DNA of 64,000 nucleotides, from assembly GCF_018350175.1 (NCBI RefSeq), contig NC_058382.1:53880001-53944000 (forward strand). The letters run 5' to 3'. This stretch comes from Felis catus. Taxonomy: Eukaryota. The notes beneath the pieces were generated by a model, which was not told where the DNA came from, did not search any database, and was given only the letters and a program-made list of their open reading frames with translations. Of this stretch, positions 49,018 through 62,945 are shown one piece after another. The stretch's first letter is position 1, and every line of letters starts with the position of its first letter. The position numbers and the translations under genes are program-made.

Positions 49018-51399
49018 ACTGGAGACAACCCATTGTGATAGGTTCCTGAGAATGATCTGAAGAGAGAATGTAATCAAGAAATATATGTTCTTTACGATCA
49101 GCTGGCTTTTGGGGATCCTTCCTAGTGTGGAAGAGCCACTAGGACTGCCTCTGGCCCTCTGACCTAACGAGCAAACGAAAGCAGGTCTCCATAGACTCTA
49201 CATCCTGGCCCTCGGGGGGGTCTTTCTTTCCTGAGGTTAAAAGGAAGGAGGGAGTGATGAGTGTAAAACAAATGACGGAACAAAAGGAAGCGGGAATATA
49301 TCACTGAGGCTAGGAAGGGGTCGGCCTCAGCCCCGGCCATGCAGCAGGGTGAATGGGCAGTGAGTGGGGCAGACAAAATGTAGCCACCGAATTATACCAA
49401 AGACACGGCAGAGGAGCAGCACAAAGAGAATGATTTTTTTAAAAGAGGACAAGACATGGAATTAAAAATATCTGGGACACCCAAAGTCACACTAAGCATG
49501 GAAGCAGTGCCATCTAACCAGCACGGGGCTGGAGCAGGGATCAAACCGTTACGGAAAAAAATAACAAGTATGAGAGAAATCCTAATACTGAGACCCTTAA
49601 ATCTATTTTTTCCCCGGTGAATTTGGAAAAGACGACCATTTTGTGGCAGATGTATGCCAAGGCTGAAGAATCAAGAGCTTTAGCCTATTTAAATCTTTAT
49701 GGTGTACATTTTCACTACATGTATTTTACATAAATGCATGGTAGGCTTTAATGAAAATGCTCATTATAAAAAGGATCTAGTAACTATGCCTGAACCTTTA
49801 GCACCCAAACAGAATCAGAATATACATATGGACGCACCAAAGATTAATAACAAATACCCAGAGCATGCAAGACACAAATACAAGGGGAAAATATTAAGAT
49901 ATTAGGGGAACAAACAGATGGGGAATCAAAACAATGAGCCAACAGTTGAGTCAAAGCCCTTCTTTCTTCTTTAGGGGCCAGGTGGTAAAGGCAATAGTTT
50001 TCCAGTGGGTTTTCTCAACTATCTGTTAGTTTTGGCTCTACACTCCGATGTGCTGACATATTACTGTCTCTTCTCCCAAGAGGGACATTTAGCTAAGGTA
50101 TCGTCCATTCAATTTCAAGCAGACGCTGAATATGTTTGCCTCTGCACTTGTCTGAGAATAACATCTCACCCCTCGATATTTAAAAGGTTTGGGGGTGGAG
50201 ACCGTATTGCAGGAACTTTTTTTTTCCCCCAAAAAATGTATACTTTGACATTTAACCAAATTAACAAACATTAATTGCACATCAAAGCCACTTTGCTGAA
50301 TTGCAATGAGCCATTTAACCCTATGGACCAATCCACCCGAGAGTTTAGGAGGAGCAGAGTTGGCAATTCTCAGACGTTAAGATACTCAGCTGCCTACACC
50401 CTCGTTCCTCCGAGGTCAGAGAAAGCGATGTTGCAGAAAAAGAACCTAAGTCCAAATTAGCAATTTGGCAGCATTCTTCAAAAAGAAAAATGTAACCTCA
50501 GGACTTTCCTGGTGCTCTCGGTTGAGTCTGCCAGGACATGTGGATGGACTGTACTCTAACTTATACCCTGGGCACAGGAAGTCACTCCCCACAGGGTCCC
50601 CTTTCCTTAGCGTATATATAAAATTAAGGAACTTTTTTTTTCCATCTTCAATTTTTTTTTTGATGGGGGGGGGGGCACAAATCTCTCTCTGGCTAATTGC
50701 TGATTTTCTCTTAGCCCAAGGCTATGACACTTTCTGTCACATTACTTTCCTCACCGACAGTTCATCACAAAAATCATCTCTCCGTACTGTCTTCTCCAAG
50801 ATGTGAGGGAGTTGTAGTAACCCATGTCTCCTTCCTCTCCCCCCCAGGAAGGTGATTCTTGGAAACAGGTGACCTACAACCGCAGCTTTATTTGTCTTCT
50901 GGGGAACAGGTTTTCGGTCCTCCCGTGAGGGAGCACGCGGCCAGGTCTGCTTTATTCACCTTTCTGTCCTCAGGGCTAGTCTCCCCCACACGGCTACATT
51001 AGCTGCTCACTAAAAGTTTAATGAATGAATAATGAGTGGTGCGGTAGCATGACTTATGACTTCTTTCTTCCAGACCTGCCTTCCAAAACACAGCGGATTC
51101 CGAAGAAATCACACATGGCCACCAGACTCAGCGGGCACACAGATCTTACCGGTGCGTTATGTGTTTGTCATGATAGGGACTGTGGTTTGGGCTGTGTATA
51201 CCGCAAAGTGCTGAGGTGGAAGTCAGGGCATGGGGACCCAGATTTCAGGAGGGTCGTCTTTGAGGTCCCCCCTGTCTCACTAACAGCTTCTTCTGAAAGA
51301 AGGTGGCAGCAAAGGAGCAGTCCGTCTTGTAAAACCTGGAAACAACTCTTGAGTTTTGTCCTGCCCCCACGGCTTTCCTCTATTAGAAAGTTTCTTCAT

Positions 51400-51631
51400 G
51401 GGGTGCCCGGGGGGCTTAGTCGGTTAAGCGTCCAACTTCGGCTCAGGTCATGATCTCACGGTTCGTGAGTTCGAGCCTCGCGTCGGGCTCTGGGCTGACA
51501 GCTCAGAGCGTGGATGGAGACTGCTTTGGATTCTGTGTCTCCCTCTCTCTCTGCCCCTCCCTCGCTCACACTCTGTCTGTCTCTCTCGCACACACAAATA
51601 AATAAACATTAAAAAAAATTTAAAAAAGAAA
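51400..51631 (+). mobile_element. Can-SINE
   Basis: SINEC head and body; TSD agaaagtttcttc at 51385-51397 and 51632-51644. Confidence 0.95.
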
Positions 51632-51906
51632 AGAAAGTTTCTTCTACATACCTGCATCTAAAATACGTGTGTGCATGCACACACACACAGACTGTGGGTA
51701 AATGTTAGGGGAAGGTACCTCTCCTCTACCCCCAGGATGGAACTTTCAGGTATATATACAGCAGGCAACCACAAAGGAATGGGAAATAAGGGGTGATATT
51801 TAATATTAGTCAGGTAGACAAAGGAAAAGTGAAAATAAAATGCATTAAAGAGTTCCAGCAACAGTCTCGTTTTGCGTAGACAAAGAAATTACCTAAATTT
51901 AATATA

Positions 51907-52120
51907 GGGGCACCTGGGTGGCTCAGTCGGTTAACCTTAGCTCAGTTCATGATCTCACAGTTCGTAAGTTCAAGCCATGTGTCGGGCTCTGTGCTGACAG
52001 CTCGGAGCCTGGAGCCTGCTTCGGATTCTGTGTCTCCCTCTCGCTCTGCCTCTCCCCTGCTGGGGCTCTGTCTCTGTCCCTCTCATTCTCTTTCACTCTC
52101 AAAAATAAACATTTTGAAAA
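51907..52120 (+). mobile_element. Can-SINE
   Basis: ggggcacctgggtggctcagtcggttaa...; flanked by ttaatata on both sides. Confidence 0.94.
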
Positions 52121-52561
52121 AGTTAATATAATAATCATGCAGCTCTATGGACAAAATAATAGAGTCAAAATATAAAATCAAAATCATTAGAAACCGAAAT
52201 AGAAATTAACCAAAAAAATGTAGGCGATATAAACCACCACCAATGGGATTGTCTGTAGTTATAAATCCCTCCTGGAAGGAGACCAAAGACACTAACCAAC
52301 TTAGGGTCTAACTAATGCCTCACCAACAATTAGTTAACTAAAACAAGACAGACTAACACTCTTTGAAAGTTCAGAGGAATGAAAATTCAAGTTGGATTGT
52401 CTATGTAATAATTTTATACCTACTTCTACAGAATGTCTTTTTATTTTCCCCAAAAGTCCTTGGCATATCTACACAAATTGATCATCTAAATAAAGTTCCC
52501 AAAACACAAGCCCTCCAAACACAATGGTTTAATCGGAAAGTTGTAAGATTAGAAATGTAGA

Positions 52562-52730
52562 GGGGCGCCTGAGTGGCTAAGTTGGTTGGACATCAGACTT
52601 CGGCTCAGGTTGTGATCTCACGGTTCTTGAGTTCGAGCCCCGCAGTGGGCTCTGTTTTGACAGCTCAGAGCCTGGAGCCTACGTTGGATTCTGTGTCTCC
52701 CTTTCTCTCTCTGCCCTGACCCCACGCACG

Positions 52731-52776
<46 letters not shown>

Positions 52777-52788
52777 AATAAATGTAAA
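52562..52788 (+). mobile_element. Can-SINE with long (CT)n
   Basis: ggggcgcctgagtggctaagttgg...; (CT)n about 52735-52773; TSD aaatgtaga. Confidence 0.95.
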
Positions 52789-53018
52789 AAATGTAGAGCA
52801 AACAATTTATGCAAAAACTGTAATTATTTTGAGTAAGCACACCTTTAATTCATGGGTCAGAAAAAAAGTTCAAAATTAAAATTTTCACCTACATTTACAA
52901 GTAAAGGGTATATAATATATAAAATGTCAATAGGTGACCAACAAATCCATACAAGATGTGTTAAATACTATAGTCAAAAGCAGATTCAGAGTGTAAAGGT
53001 TTTATATACTTGAAAAAA

Positions 53019-53220
53019 TTTTGTTTCATGTTTATTTATTTTTGAGACAGAGCATGAGCAGGTGAGGGGCAGAGAGAGAGGGGGAGACAAAGAATGTGAA
53101 GCAGGCTCCAGGCTCTGAGCTGTTAGTACAGAGCCCAATGCAGGGCTCGAGCTCATGAACCGTGAGATCATGACCTGAGCTAAGTCGGACACTTAATCGA
53201 CTGAGTCACCCAGGCGCCTT
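53019..53220 (-). mobile_element. Can-SINE
   Basis: tttatttatttttgagacagag...gcaggctccaggctctgagctg...ctgagtcacccaggcgcc. Confidence 0.95.
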
Positions 53221-53924
53221 AAATATTTTATGTATTTATGCATACACATAAGACAGGGTTAAATATTAGGTATACGAAAAATATTTTATACTCTAAATGC
53301 TATACATGTATATTACATTACAATCTTTTTCCACTAAAGTTGAAAAATAAAGGGAAATATATAAGTAATGGTAACTTAGTAAAATAAGAAACGGAAAAAG
53401 CACACAAGTAACCAAAATGCCTAAGAGTGGATACATGGGGATGACAAGGTAGAAATTACAATGAACTCTGAGAAGTCAAGTAACGGAGACAAAAAGAGAG
53501 GAAACAGAAAAGGACAATGTTTGGATAAGAAGCAAGGCAGAGTTTTTGAAACAGAACACTGTTTGACAGTCTACTAATTAATTAGAAAAAAAATCACAGT
53601 TAAATGTTAAACATTTTCTAGGAGGCTATCAAAATTGATCCGTTTGCTTAGATCAATATTTATTTGCAAAGAATTTTTTTAAAAAGTTTCCTACTATCAT
53701 TTATGTGAAATAGCCTTGGGTGCAGAAGAATTAATAGACACATCACTCCAAAGATTAACTCATTTTTACAATATGTAATCTTACCCAGCCCACACAGAAG
53801 AGATAGACAATTCCCAAAGTTTTTAAGTTGGACAGACTATAACTAAGTTGAAATATTCCAAAGGACAAACTATAAACTCACTCCCGTTTGGGACTATGAT
53901 ATAAAAATTCTAAATAATATTTAT

Positions 53925-54161
53925 AAATATTTTTTAATTTTTTAAATGTTTATTCTTAAGAGAGACAGAGAGAGAGAGAGACACACACACAGAGTGTGAG
54001 TGGGGGAGGGGCAGAGGGAGAGGGAGACTCAGAATCCAAAGCAGGCTCCAGGCTCTGAGCTGTCAGCACAGAGCCCGATGTGGGGCTCAAACTCACAGAC
54101 CACGAGATCATGACCTGAGCCAGAGTGGGATGCTTAACTGACTGAGCCACCCAGGCACCCC
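53925..54161 (-). mobile_element. Can-SINE
   Basis: ...ctgagccacccaggcacccc; TSD taaataatat starting at 53911 and 54162. Confidence 0.95.
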
Positions 54162-54442
54162 TAAATAATATATTTTTAAACTGAATCTAGCAATGCATTT
54201 AAATAAGACTACAAGCATTTCAATAGTATGTAGCTCTCTACTAAAGAGAGCTGAATACCATATTAAAGCATCATGTAATAATAAGGGGTCTATTAATAGA
54301 TTGGTCCTCTTCAATCCATCAAAGACAAAAAGAGATTTTTTTTAACTCAAAGAAAGCCAAAATTATAGTTAATAAAATTAAACACCAGATGCTGATAGCA
54401 TCTTATCAAAATACTTTCTAAATACCGTAAACAATATCCATG

Positions 54443-54890
54443 TGTAACGAGTTGCATAGTATCCCCCAAAGTGTTCACGTCCACCCAGAACATCATAACG
54501 TGACCTTATTTGGAGACAGGGTGTTTGCAGATGTAACTAAGGTCAGGATCAAGATGAGATCATGCTGGTTTAGGGTGGGCCCTGAATCCAAGGAGAGTGT
54601 CCTTATGTGACACAGAAATGGACGCACGGAGACACAGGGAAGGTGACGTACACAGAGAAAGGGACAGGAGTAAGATGCGGCCACAGGACAAGGAACCCCA
54701 AGACCTGCGGGCGACCTCCAGAAGCCAGAGGAAGGCACGGGACGGTTTCTGGCTCAGAGACCCCAAAACCACCGTGTCAACACCTGGATTTCAGAATGCT
54801 GGCCTCCAGAACTAGGAGAAAAGGAATTTCTTTTGTGTTAAGCCACCCGGTCCGTGGTCATTTGTTGCAGCAGAAATAGGAAACAAGACA
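54443..54890 (+). mobile_element. MaLR solo LTR, MLT1C-like
   Basis: tgtaacgagttg...gtgaccttatttggagacagggt...ggcctccagaact...tttgttgcagcag...ggaaacaagaca. Confidence 0.9.
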
Positions 54891-56499
54891 CCCTAAACCA
54901 CAAGTCAACGTCACACTCGACAGTCAAACACCAAAAGCATCCCCATTGGATTCGGAGGCAAGGCAGTCATTCCTGAAGGCTACTAGGAACTGAGAGTGGG
55001 GCTTCCTGGGGAGTAGGGCCCTCTCCCTCTTGCACATGGTGGCCTCAGATCCCAGCCAGCCAGCGTGTGCAGTGCCTGAGCTGATGCTCTGCAAGCCAGG
55101 ACAGAGAAGGAGCATTACCCGTGAAGCCGCGGGCGGCTGTCACCTCGTTTCCTCCTATAACTGCTCCTGCAGGTGACAAACGTAAGCTTGAGCCCTGAAT
55201 CCTGCTACTCACGCTTCTTGTGTAATCCTGGCCGAGGCGTCTGCTGTCTCTGAGCTGCCTCTCCCTGTTCGATATGACAGAGACAGGAATACTGTTGCTA
55301 CAGGAAAGACGAAGAAGCACCGAGCCTGGATCAGAAACGCCGCTCAGCTCAATATCCGGCACACAGTAGGTGTTCAATAAATGCTGGTTTCTTTCCTTTC
55401 TAAAATATCGACATATCATGGGTGAGCCTCAGAGACGAGAATTATATTTGGTCAATTATGCTATTCATATTCTCTCAACTGTGGTAAAATTATAGATTTC
55501 ACAATGTCTCTGTAGATCAATTTCTCCAGGTCTATTGAATCAGAGAGAGGCAAATCACACACCAAAACAAGAAGCAAGGACAAATGTGGTGGGTGGGAGT
55601 TACTTTAATTGGCCCACGAGGAAGAATCATCCAGATATAGGTAATGTTTCATCACGACTTTCTCTCTGTTCGTCAAGACAGCAGTGGCCAAACGGTCCAA
55701 ACCCATACATGCCGGTCGGGGAAATGAAGCTTTATGTACCAAGAGCGGTTGATTTTGCAGGTTGTTTAATGCACAGACAGTTTTTAATTTAATATTTTCC
55801 CAGAGGCCTTTAAAAGTATTGGGTGCATTTAGAAAAGTCCAATAAATATTTGTCATTTTACACAGGGCCATCATTTTTGGTTTGTGGGTTTTTCCCCCCT
55901 CTCAAACACAAATCAAGTGAAATATTTAAGGTCTGAGCCAAGCGCCTAGGAGCTTATTAAAAATGAACCCAAATGAATTTGTTGGCAAATGCTGGCAGTA
56001 TGGAAATGAGGCAACATTTAAGAATCCCTGAGTGGGCTGCAGAAGGAATGCTATGCATGATGCCCTTTGGGGTAAGCCAGGACTAGAAACCTGAGTAGCC
56101 AAGAACGAGCCCAGAGAGATGTGCAGGGCAGGGAGGAGCCAGGAGGGAGGCACTCCTGCACCCTGAGCCCACCTCCCCCCACACCATGCACACATTCACA
56201 TGTGCTGCAAGTCAGGTATCTGACAGCCAAGTTCAAACTGATGTCCGGTTCAAGCTCGCCTCATAGTGGGCTTCCCCCATGCTGCCTGATCAGTTGCAGC
56301 GTGTTTATTTGCACCGGTCCCAACGACCCAGCTCGACCAATCCTGCTTTTTTTTTTTTTTAACATCACAAGAACCACTTCTGTCACTTACTCAGCAGATA
56401 TAATATTCACTGAATGCCCACTGATCCTTTGTGGGGCCTGGGGTAAAATGGCGAGCAGAAACTGACGCGGTCACTCCCTCATTCACCGGGGTTCTCTGC

Positions 56500-56840
56500 C
56501 TCTCCATCTCGGTTCTCACCGCCTTAGCTCAGCACATGAGTGTCCCTATCATGAGCCATGGCCACCCGCCTACCTTCAGCCTGCCTTCTCCTCCTTTACC
56601 CTCCACGCTCCAGCCTCAGAAGACGTAAACCTGATCACATCACTCAAACTAGAAATCCATGATGGCTCCCTGATGCCTACAGAACAAGACCCCAACTCCT
56701 TAGCAGGAATTATAAGAGTCCGGCACAGATTTTCATTCTCTCCCTCCAGCCTCATCTTTAGGCTCTGCTCCTACTGGAATTTTATGTTCCAGCAACTCCA
56801 ACGGATTGTTACTGTCCCAAGACACTATGTTGGAGCACAC
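56500..56840 (+). mobile_element. L2 LINE fragment
   Basis: ctgatcacatcactc...tccatgatggctccc...cccaactccttagc...ttgccttggcat. Confidence 0.6.
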
Positions 56841-57332
56841 CTCCTTGCCTTGGCATTTCCACCAAACCTTTTAAGTTAGGCTGGACTTTGAAATCTCCCC
56901 AAATTTCTACCTGTTTCATGGGTCCTCTGTCTGCTTGGTCCTAAATATTGGACAATCTACAAATAACCTTTTAATGGATTCCCCTCCCCCCACCTTAGAA
57001 ATACTTGAAATGCCCTCTACACATTATAAAGTGTATCCTTCCGTTCAGGTGATTATTTACTGAAACCTAAGCTGTGCCACACTCTGCTCGGTTTGAGGCA
57101 CTCCAGAGGTAAGATATGATGACCCTTTACCCCAGAGATCTCATCATCTAGTGCATGGGATATAAACAATAAAATAAGGCATTGTAGCAGGATGTGTCCA
57201 ATAACACAATATCGTATGACAAAACTAAAATTATGTGTTTCATAGGGATGAGTACTTGCTGCCATGGGTCCTTGCTTTTGAGTAAAAGAGGTCTTAATAG
57301 AACAGCTGATTCCTGGATAAGCTTCAATAGAT

Positions 57333-57790
57333 TGTGGTAGACAGAGCTTCCTTCCTGGACCTGTGAATATGTTTACCCTGCTTGGCAAAAGATATTTTGC
57401 TGACGCAGTTAAAGATTTTGAGATGGGGAGACTATTCTGGATTATCCAGATGGACCCAACATAATCACAAGCATCCTTATAAGAGGGAAGCAGGAGGGTC
57501 AGGGTCAGAGACAGATTTGAAGATGCTATACTTCTGGCTTTGAAGATGAAGGAACGGGCCACAAGCCAAGGAAGGAATGCAGGTGGCTTCTAGAAACTGG
57601 GAGAGGCAAGGAAATAGATTCTTCCCTAAAGCCTCCAGAAGGAATACAGCTGTGCCAACCCCTTGATTTTAACCCAGTGAAACCCATTTGGGCTCCTGAC
57701 CTCCAGAACTGTGAGAGCATAAATTTGCATTGTTTTAAGGCACTAAGTTTGTGGCAACTTGTTATAGCAACAACAGGAAACTAATATACA
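57333..57790 (+). mobile_element. MaLR solo LTR, MLT1D-like
   Basis: tgtggtagacaga...ttgagatggggagactattctggattatcc...ctccagaactgtgag...ggaaactaatataca. Confidence 0.92.
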
Positions 57791-57794
57791 GACA

Positions 57795-58160
57795 TACAGG
57801 AGTTTAGTGGGAATTCATTAGGAAAACACCCTGTGTAAAGCAAGAATCCTAGACCCCTTTGCAGTCTAAGGAAAGTTCTTCAGGATCATTGGGGAGTCCT
57901 CAAGGCACAGTTACCAGTCAAAGCCGTCCTGTGTCTCTGGACGGGGCTGCTGTGCTCAGTCACTGGCTGGAAGCAGCCCCCAGGAAGAGTGACCCTTGGC
58001 ACAAACACAGTGAAGCATTCAGAGCAAAGCAGGTGGGGCTTGGTACATTTCCCTCACTGGAGTTTGGGGGGGAGGGGGCTGCAGGACAGATTCTCATGGA
58101 GTCACCACAGTGACTATGCTGCTGATGGCAGCCGATGGAAACAGCAGTTCCCCCCACTCC
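57795..58160. mobile_element. ERVL-class LTR remnant (LTR16-like)
   Basis: ggatcattggggagtcctcaagg...gtcctgtgtctc...ctcagtcactggctggaagcagccc; family from recall. Confidence 0.45.
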
Positions 58161-58406
58161 CCAAGGTGGACCAGCCCTCCATGGCTGGTCTCAGGCCTGG
58201 GACGAGACAGTCTCTACCTTCCTTCTTTGTCAACACACTTGAGAGGGTGAGAATGGTGCCCTCATTCTTCCTGAGCGTGGAAACACTCCTTTCCCTCCCT
58301 GTCTCATTTTTGCTCTATTCATACCTGGCAGGTGAATCTCTGGGTCAAGTTGTCCATTCAGTTCGACTGAAACATGCACCTTTTAGTTCTAAGACCTAAG
58401 AAATCA

Positions 58407-58606
58407 GGAGTGCCTGGGTGGCTCAGTCGGTTGAGCGTCCAGCTTTGGTTCGGGTCATTATCTCGTGGTCTATGGGTTCCAGCCCTGCATGGGGCTCCGT
58501 GCTAACAGCTCAGAGCCTGGAGCCTGCTTTGGATTCTGTGTCTTCTTCTCTCTCTGCCCCTCCCCCACTCATGCTCTCTGTCTCAAAAAACAAACATTAA
58601 AAAACA
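58407..58606 (+). mobile_element. Can-SINE
   Basis: ggagtgcctgggtggctcagtcggttgagcgtcc...cagagcctggagcctgctttggattctgtgtct. Confidence 0.95.
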
Positions 58607-60049
58607 ATTGTAATCGAGGAAACTGGTCTCTAATTAGATTCAAATGTTCTACTTGGTGGCTCACATCAGTCTTCCGTACTTCTTTGAGGCTGGAGCTCTG
58701 GAGGCTACCTCCTCTCCCTCCCGCCCTCAGTATAGAGATTAACGAATATTGGGGACTTGGGGCTCAATCACTGAACAGACACTTGTTGCTTCTGGCTATT
58801 CCACATCCATTCTCTTTACTTCTGATAATTATACACTTCCTGCAGGGAACCCATTCTGTGGGATCTAAGTGAAAAGGATTGAGCCATAACTCCCCATATG
58901 AGACAGAATTAAGCAAGTGACCCAGCCCACCAATCATTTTACTCCATTCTCCTAAGTGGAGAAGTGATGGGCTCAGGGAGGTCCAGAAATAGAACCCAGA
59001 TCTATTTGATGCTTTAGTCCCACATTAAACTAAAGATATATAAAACATGGTACAAAGTAAATACTCTCTAGGTGTAATTTCCCTCTTGTCTCTTAATCTT
59101 CTTTATGATGTAGTCAGATCTCCTGATATAGACGCCCATCCAACTTGACTTGGGGATTTGCCTATTGCCCTCCAGATTCAGTTCCTAGGCCAGAATCACT
59201 ATAGATTTTCCCCATCATTTGGGCAGAGCATTTGGGTCTGCCTGACTGAACTTTCTCAGGCCAATTGTGAGGCCATCTAATCCCTTCCCAACTCAGACCC
59301 TGCTTCCTCTCCTCCTCCCTGGGAACCTCGGGAGGTTCAAGCCCACTGCTCTAACCCACAGTGAGGCTGTTTGTACCCTAGAATACTAAATGCAGAATCC
59401 ACTCATTACTCTGAGTGTTTTTTATCCAGGAAAAACAGTAAAGGCAGCCTCGAGGCAGAATCTGTCATTCAAACTGTCTTAAGGAAATTCTACCTTTGCG
59501 GCCTCCCTGCGAGGACCACATGACCAGCCCCTCCCTGCATGGTGAGGGAAGCCCAAAGACCTTTGGAGACAAGGGTATTATGCGTGGGAAAGCAAAAATC
59601 GTTGAAATTAGTCATGAAAGAGCCAAACATCTCCTGTTGTTGAATCTGAGGCACGTATATGTGCAGTGAGAATAAAGTTATTAAAAACATTGTTTTCACT
59701 ATTCATATATGCCCTATCGTCTTGTTCGGCTCTTAGAGAAATTGGAGGAGAAGCCAGTTAGGTCCTTATGGGAGGTTAGGGGCCAACGAAGATGGCCATG
59801 GGTTCAACAGCACATCTGCGGGGGGGGCCCCAAAGAGCCCTGCACTGGAGGCCTCGAGCTATGTCTGATGTGCCCATGGCTTCTGTCTGTCTTTAGCAGG
59901 AAGAGGTCAGACAGCAAGTTTTCTTGAGAGTAACTGACAGGAAGAAAATATAACCCCTAAGTGATCTGTTTACCAAGAAGTTATTTTTTCCCAAATGAAA
60001 TTATATCATTCCTTCGATTTCCCTTAGATGGGCTATTGACAGAAGACAG

Positions 60050-60240
60050 GGCTCTGTCACCAGACCTGGATTTGAGTCTCAAAATCTGTCACTTATGAGC
60101 TATGTGATCTTAGGCAACTTTCCTAACGTGAGTCCTGGAATTCTCAACTTTAAAGCAAAAACCGTAAGTGTATGGGTTGTTGTGAGATTTAGATGAGACA
60201 CTACATGGGAAACGCTCATGCTCGGCAGGCCACTGGATCA
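60050..60240 (+). mobile_element. MIR SINE
   Basis: cagacctggatttgagtc...gctatgtgatcttaggcaactt...gggttgttgtgagatttagatgaga. Confidence 0.75.
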
Positions 60241-62064
60241 TCGTAGAGGCTCTGTGAATGTCTGCAATTAGACCCGAGAGGAGGCACCAGAAAGGCTCTT
60301 TGGTGTCAGAAAAGATCATGAGAAAAAAATCAATATCCCCAGGCATTGGTGACAAATGGTAACATGTGACCCTCTCAAAAGTAGGTGGCTCTCCTTAGTT
60401 CGATGAGGAGACAAGAGTTCAGCCTCCGACAGCAAGTCCTGCAAATGCTCCTCTCTCTCTTGGGATTTCAGATTCGGACGGGAATCTCTGGCGATACGGC
60501 TCTCAGGAGACCTTGGGTTCTTCCTATTTTGGGTGAGGCCAGAAATACCCCAGGCAGAGCTGACTTCCAATGGGACATCCCCACAGCTGGCCAGGCGTGG
60601 TGATTAGGAAGGGAAAGCAGAGGCAAATAAGACCAGCAGGGGAGAAGGTGGGTGAACTCCTTTGAAGTTCACACATTTAACGCTGTCCCAATTTTGTTCA
60701 AGGCTAACGGGTAAAGTCATTTCCTATTTTATCCAAATGAGCTCAGCAGCCTCTAGAGAGAAGACAAGGGTGCTGCTACAGTATTTCCAAAGCCCTCAAC
60801 TAAATGTCTTTACTCTGCCCTGTGACACCTAAAATGCCACTGGAAGGTAGCACCATACATCGTTTAAGAGCGTTATCCCGTGTTCCACAATGAACGCATG
60901 GGGTGGGAGCTTTCAGTATTATGTAATGCACATGTCAGCTAGTCTCTTTGTAGTTGTTTTATGGGAAGGTTGGGTTTGATACATTGCAAAAGTTTCCATG
61001 GGACCAAGGACGCGCTCCAAGAGCTGTTCTGACAGAAAGGTTCCAGCTCAAAAGATTCCTTCAAGGTTGTGTGCACCTCACCCCAGTCTCTGTCCTGCTC
61101 AGGGGTTCTCACACGGAGTCACAGCCAAAATCTCTCTGTGGGTGCTCTCTCGGATCTCATGAAACAACGGAGAAGACTGGAGAGGCCTCTCAAGCTCTCA
61201 GAAGGCTTTTCATCCAGAGCAAAGGTCCAGCTGAAACTTGTGAGGAAGTGACAGTTGAGTGGCGATGGGAAGGATGAGCCAGCATGAACAAGGCAGAGGA
61301 GTGAAGAACACGTCTTGGAATCCAGGAGGAGGACTGGGTGGGGGCTGGGACCAGATTGTACCAGTTCACCAGAGCCAACTGCATGTAACTCCTCCCCACT
61401 TCATGCTCAGTGACATCACATTTGGAGCTTGAAATTGGCTGTGATGGGAGTACACCACAGACATGGGCAGATGCTACACATCAGGGCTTTTCTTTCCTTC
61501 TTTCTTTTTCTCTTTTTTTTCTTTCTTTCTTTCTTTTGGATAAGGACTTTATCTTCTTTCCTATATTCTCATTGCTAACAATCTGCATGGCAGATTCTAG
61601 ATGCTCATTAAATGTGAATCTTCTGGAAGCAACTTGGAGATAGTTACAGGATTCAGAGACTGGCTTTCCCAACTGTCTAACCTACTGAATGGTTGGGAAT
61701 CACCATGGCGGAACGGGGCAAGCCCTATTCCAACATCTCCCAGCTGGTCTCAGAGAAAAAGGCTCCCACTTGTCTTGAGCAGAGACTCTTCCTCTCACTA
61801 ACAACATGGTCAACCAAACACGTGAATCTCACTTTTTTCCCCACAGCTTTGACAATTGCTCTCAGTTATAACTTTCTACTCAAAGTACTGGGATAGTCTA
61901 TGCTGGAGTTTTCTTGTCCTGATGCCATCCGGGGACTCACAAGGACTCAGTAAGTCACAGCTTGGCTACCCACAGTAGAGGAAAAGAGAGAATCGATGTC
62001 CAGCCTTTTCTATGAAAGCAATAGTACACCTAGACATATATTATTAACAAGGGCTTAATTTTAA

Positions 62065-62290
62065 GAGTGGGAGTTCTAGAGTCAGGGATAATTAGATTTA
62101 AATCTTGACCCTATCACTAGTTTTTGTAACAAGGGCAGTCTATTTATCTTCTCTGTGCCTAGGTGTCCTTATCTATAAGGATTTGATAGCGTACCTCCTA
62201 AGGTTGTGACCAAGATTTAATGAGATAATGCAGGTGTAATCCTTGGCACAGAGCCTACTATGTCATAAGTCCCCCATAAACAGCAGTTGA
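62065..62290 (+). mobile_element. MIR SINE
   Basis: ttctagagtcag...ctctgtgcctaggtgtccttatctataa...ggttgtg...atttaatgagataatgca. Confidence 0.75.
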
Positions 62291-62364
62291 AGGTTTTGAA
62301 AAACTAAAATTATAGACATGCAGAGATCCAGAGATTACTTAGTTGAACATCTCTCGTAGAGCTA

Positions 62365-62600
62365 CCACTTACTGGGAACTATTATGTGCCAACTGGCTTT
62401 CTGGATGCTTGTAATTTATTATTTACAGTTCTTAAAGAGCCCTACTGGCCACATATCATTATCCTCCTTTTCCTAATGAAGGACCTGAAGACGAGTGAGG
62501 TTAAGTGACTTCCTCGAGGCCACGGTTAGCACCTGGCTGAACCAGAATTTTAATCAGGGTTTGCCCGTCTTCAAAACCTGTGCTATTTTTCCATACTGTA
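62365..62600 (-). mobile_element. MIR SINE
   Basis: cattatcctccttttcctaatgaaggacctgaag...gaggttaagtgacttcctcgaggccacgg. Confidence 0.75.
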
Positions 62601-62945
62601 TATTGCCTCAACAGGTAAGAAAGTCTGGAGAGAAGACTTCTTTAAATTTTAATTTGCTCAAGATAAAAATAAATAAATAAATAGGACTAATAACCCAACT
62701 ACAATCCAATTCTTTGAATCCTATGCTGGTTTAGTTTGCACCAACCTTCAAGGGCTCACCCAGCACCACACAAATAGATTTAGAGCATCTCTATTCAGGA
62801 CATGTGCATGCCCACATAAACTACACGTTATGTGTTGACCAATAATGGCATTTTAAGACTCCTGTTTGGAGGTGGGAAAAGGGGACATTTAGTGCCTGTG
62901 GATTACCCAAGGGTATGAATCACAACTTCGTTTTTTTCCCCCCAA

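Larger units (their letters stand above)
51780..54440 (+). mobile_element. Highly decayed, A-rich old L1 (ORF2-like) fragment interrupted by SINEs
   Basis: Strong A-bias and L1 ORF2-like phrases (acaaattgatcat, cacaatgg...gattagaaat, ggcagagtttttgaaa); no intact frame. Confidence 0.5.
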
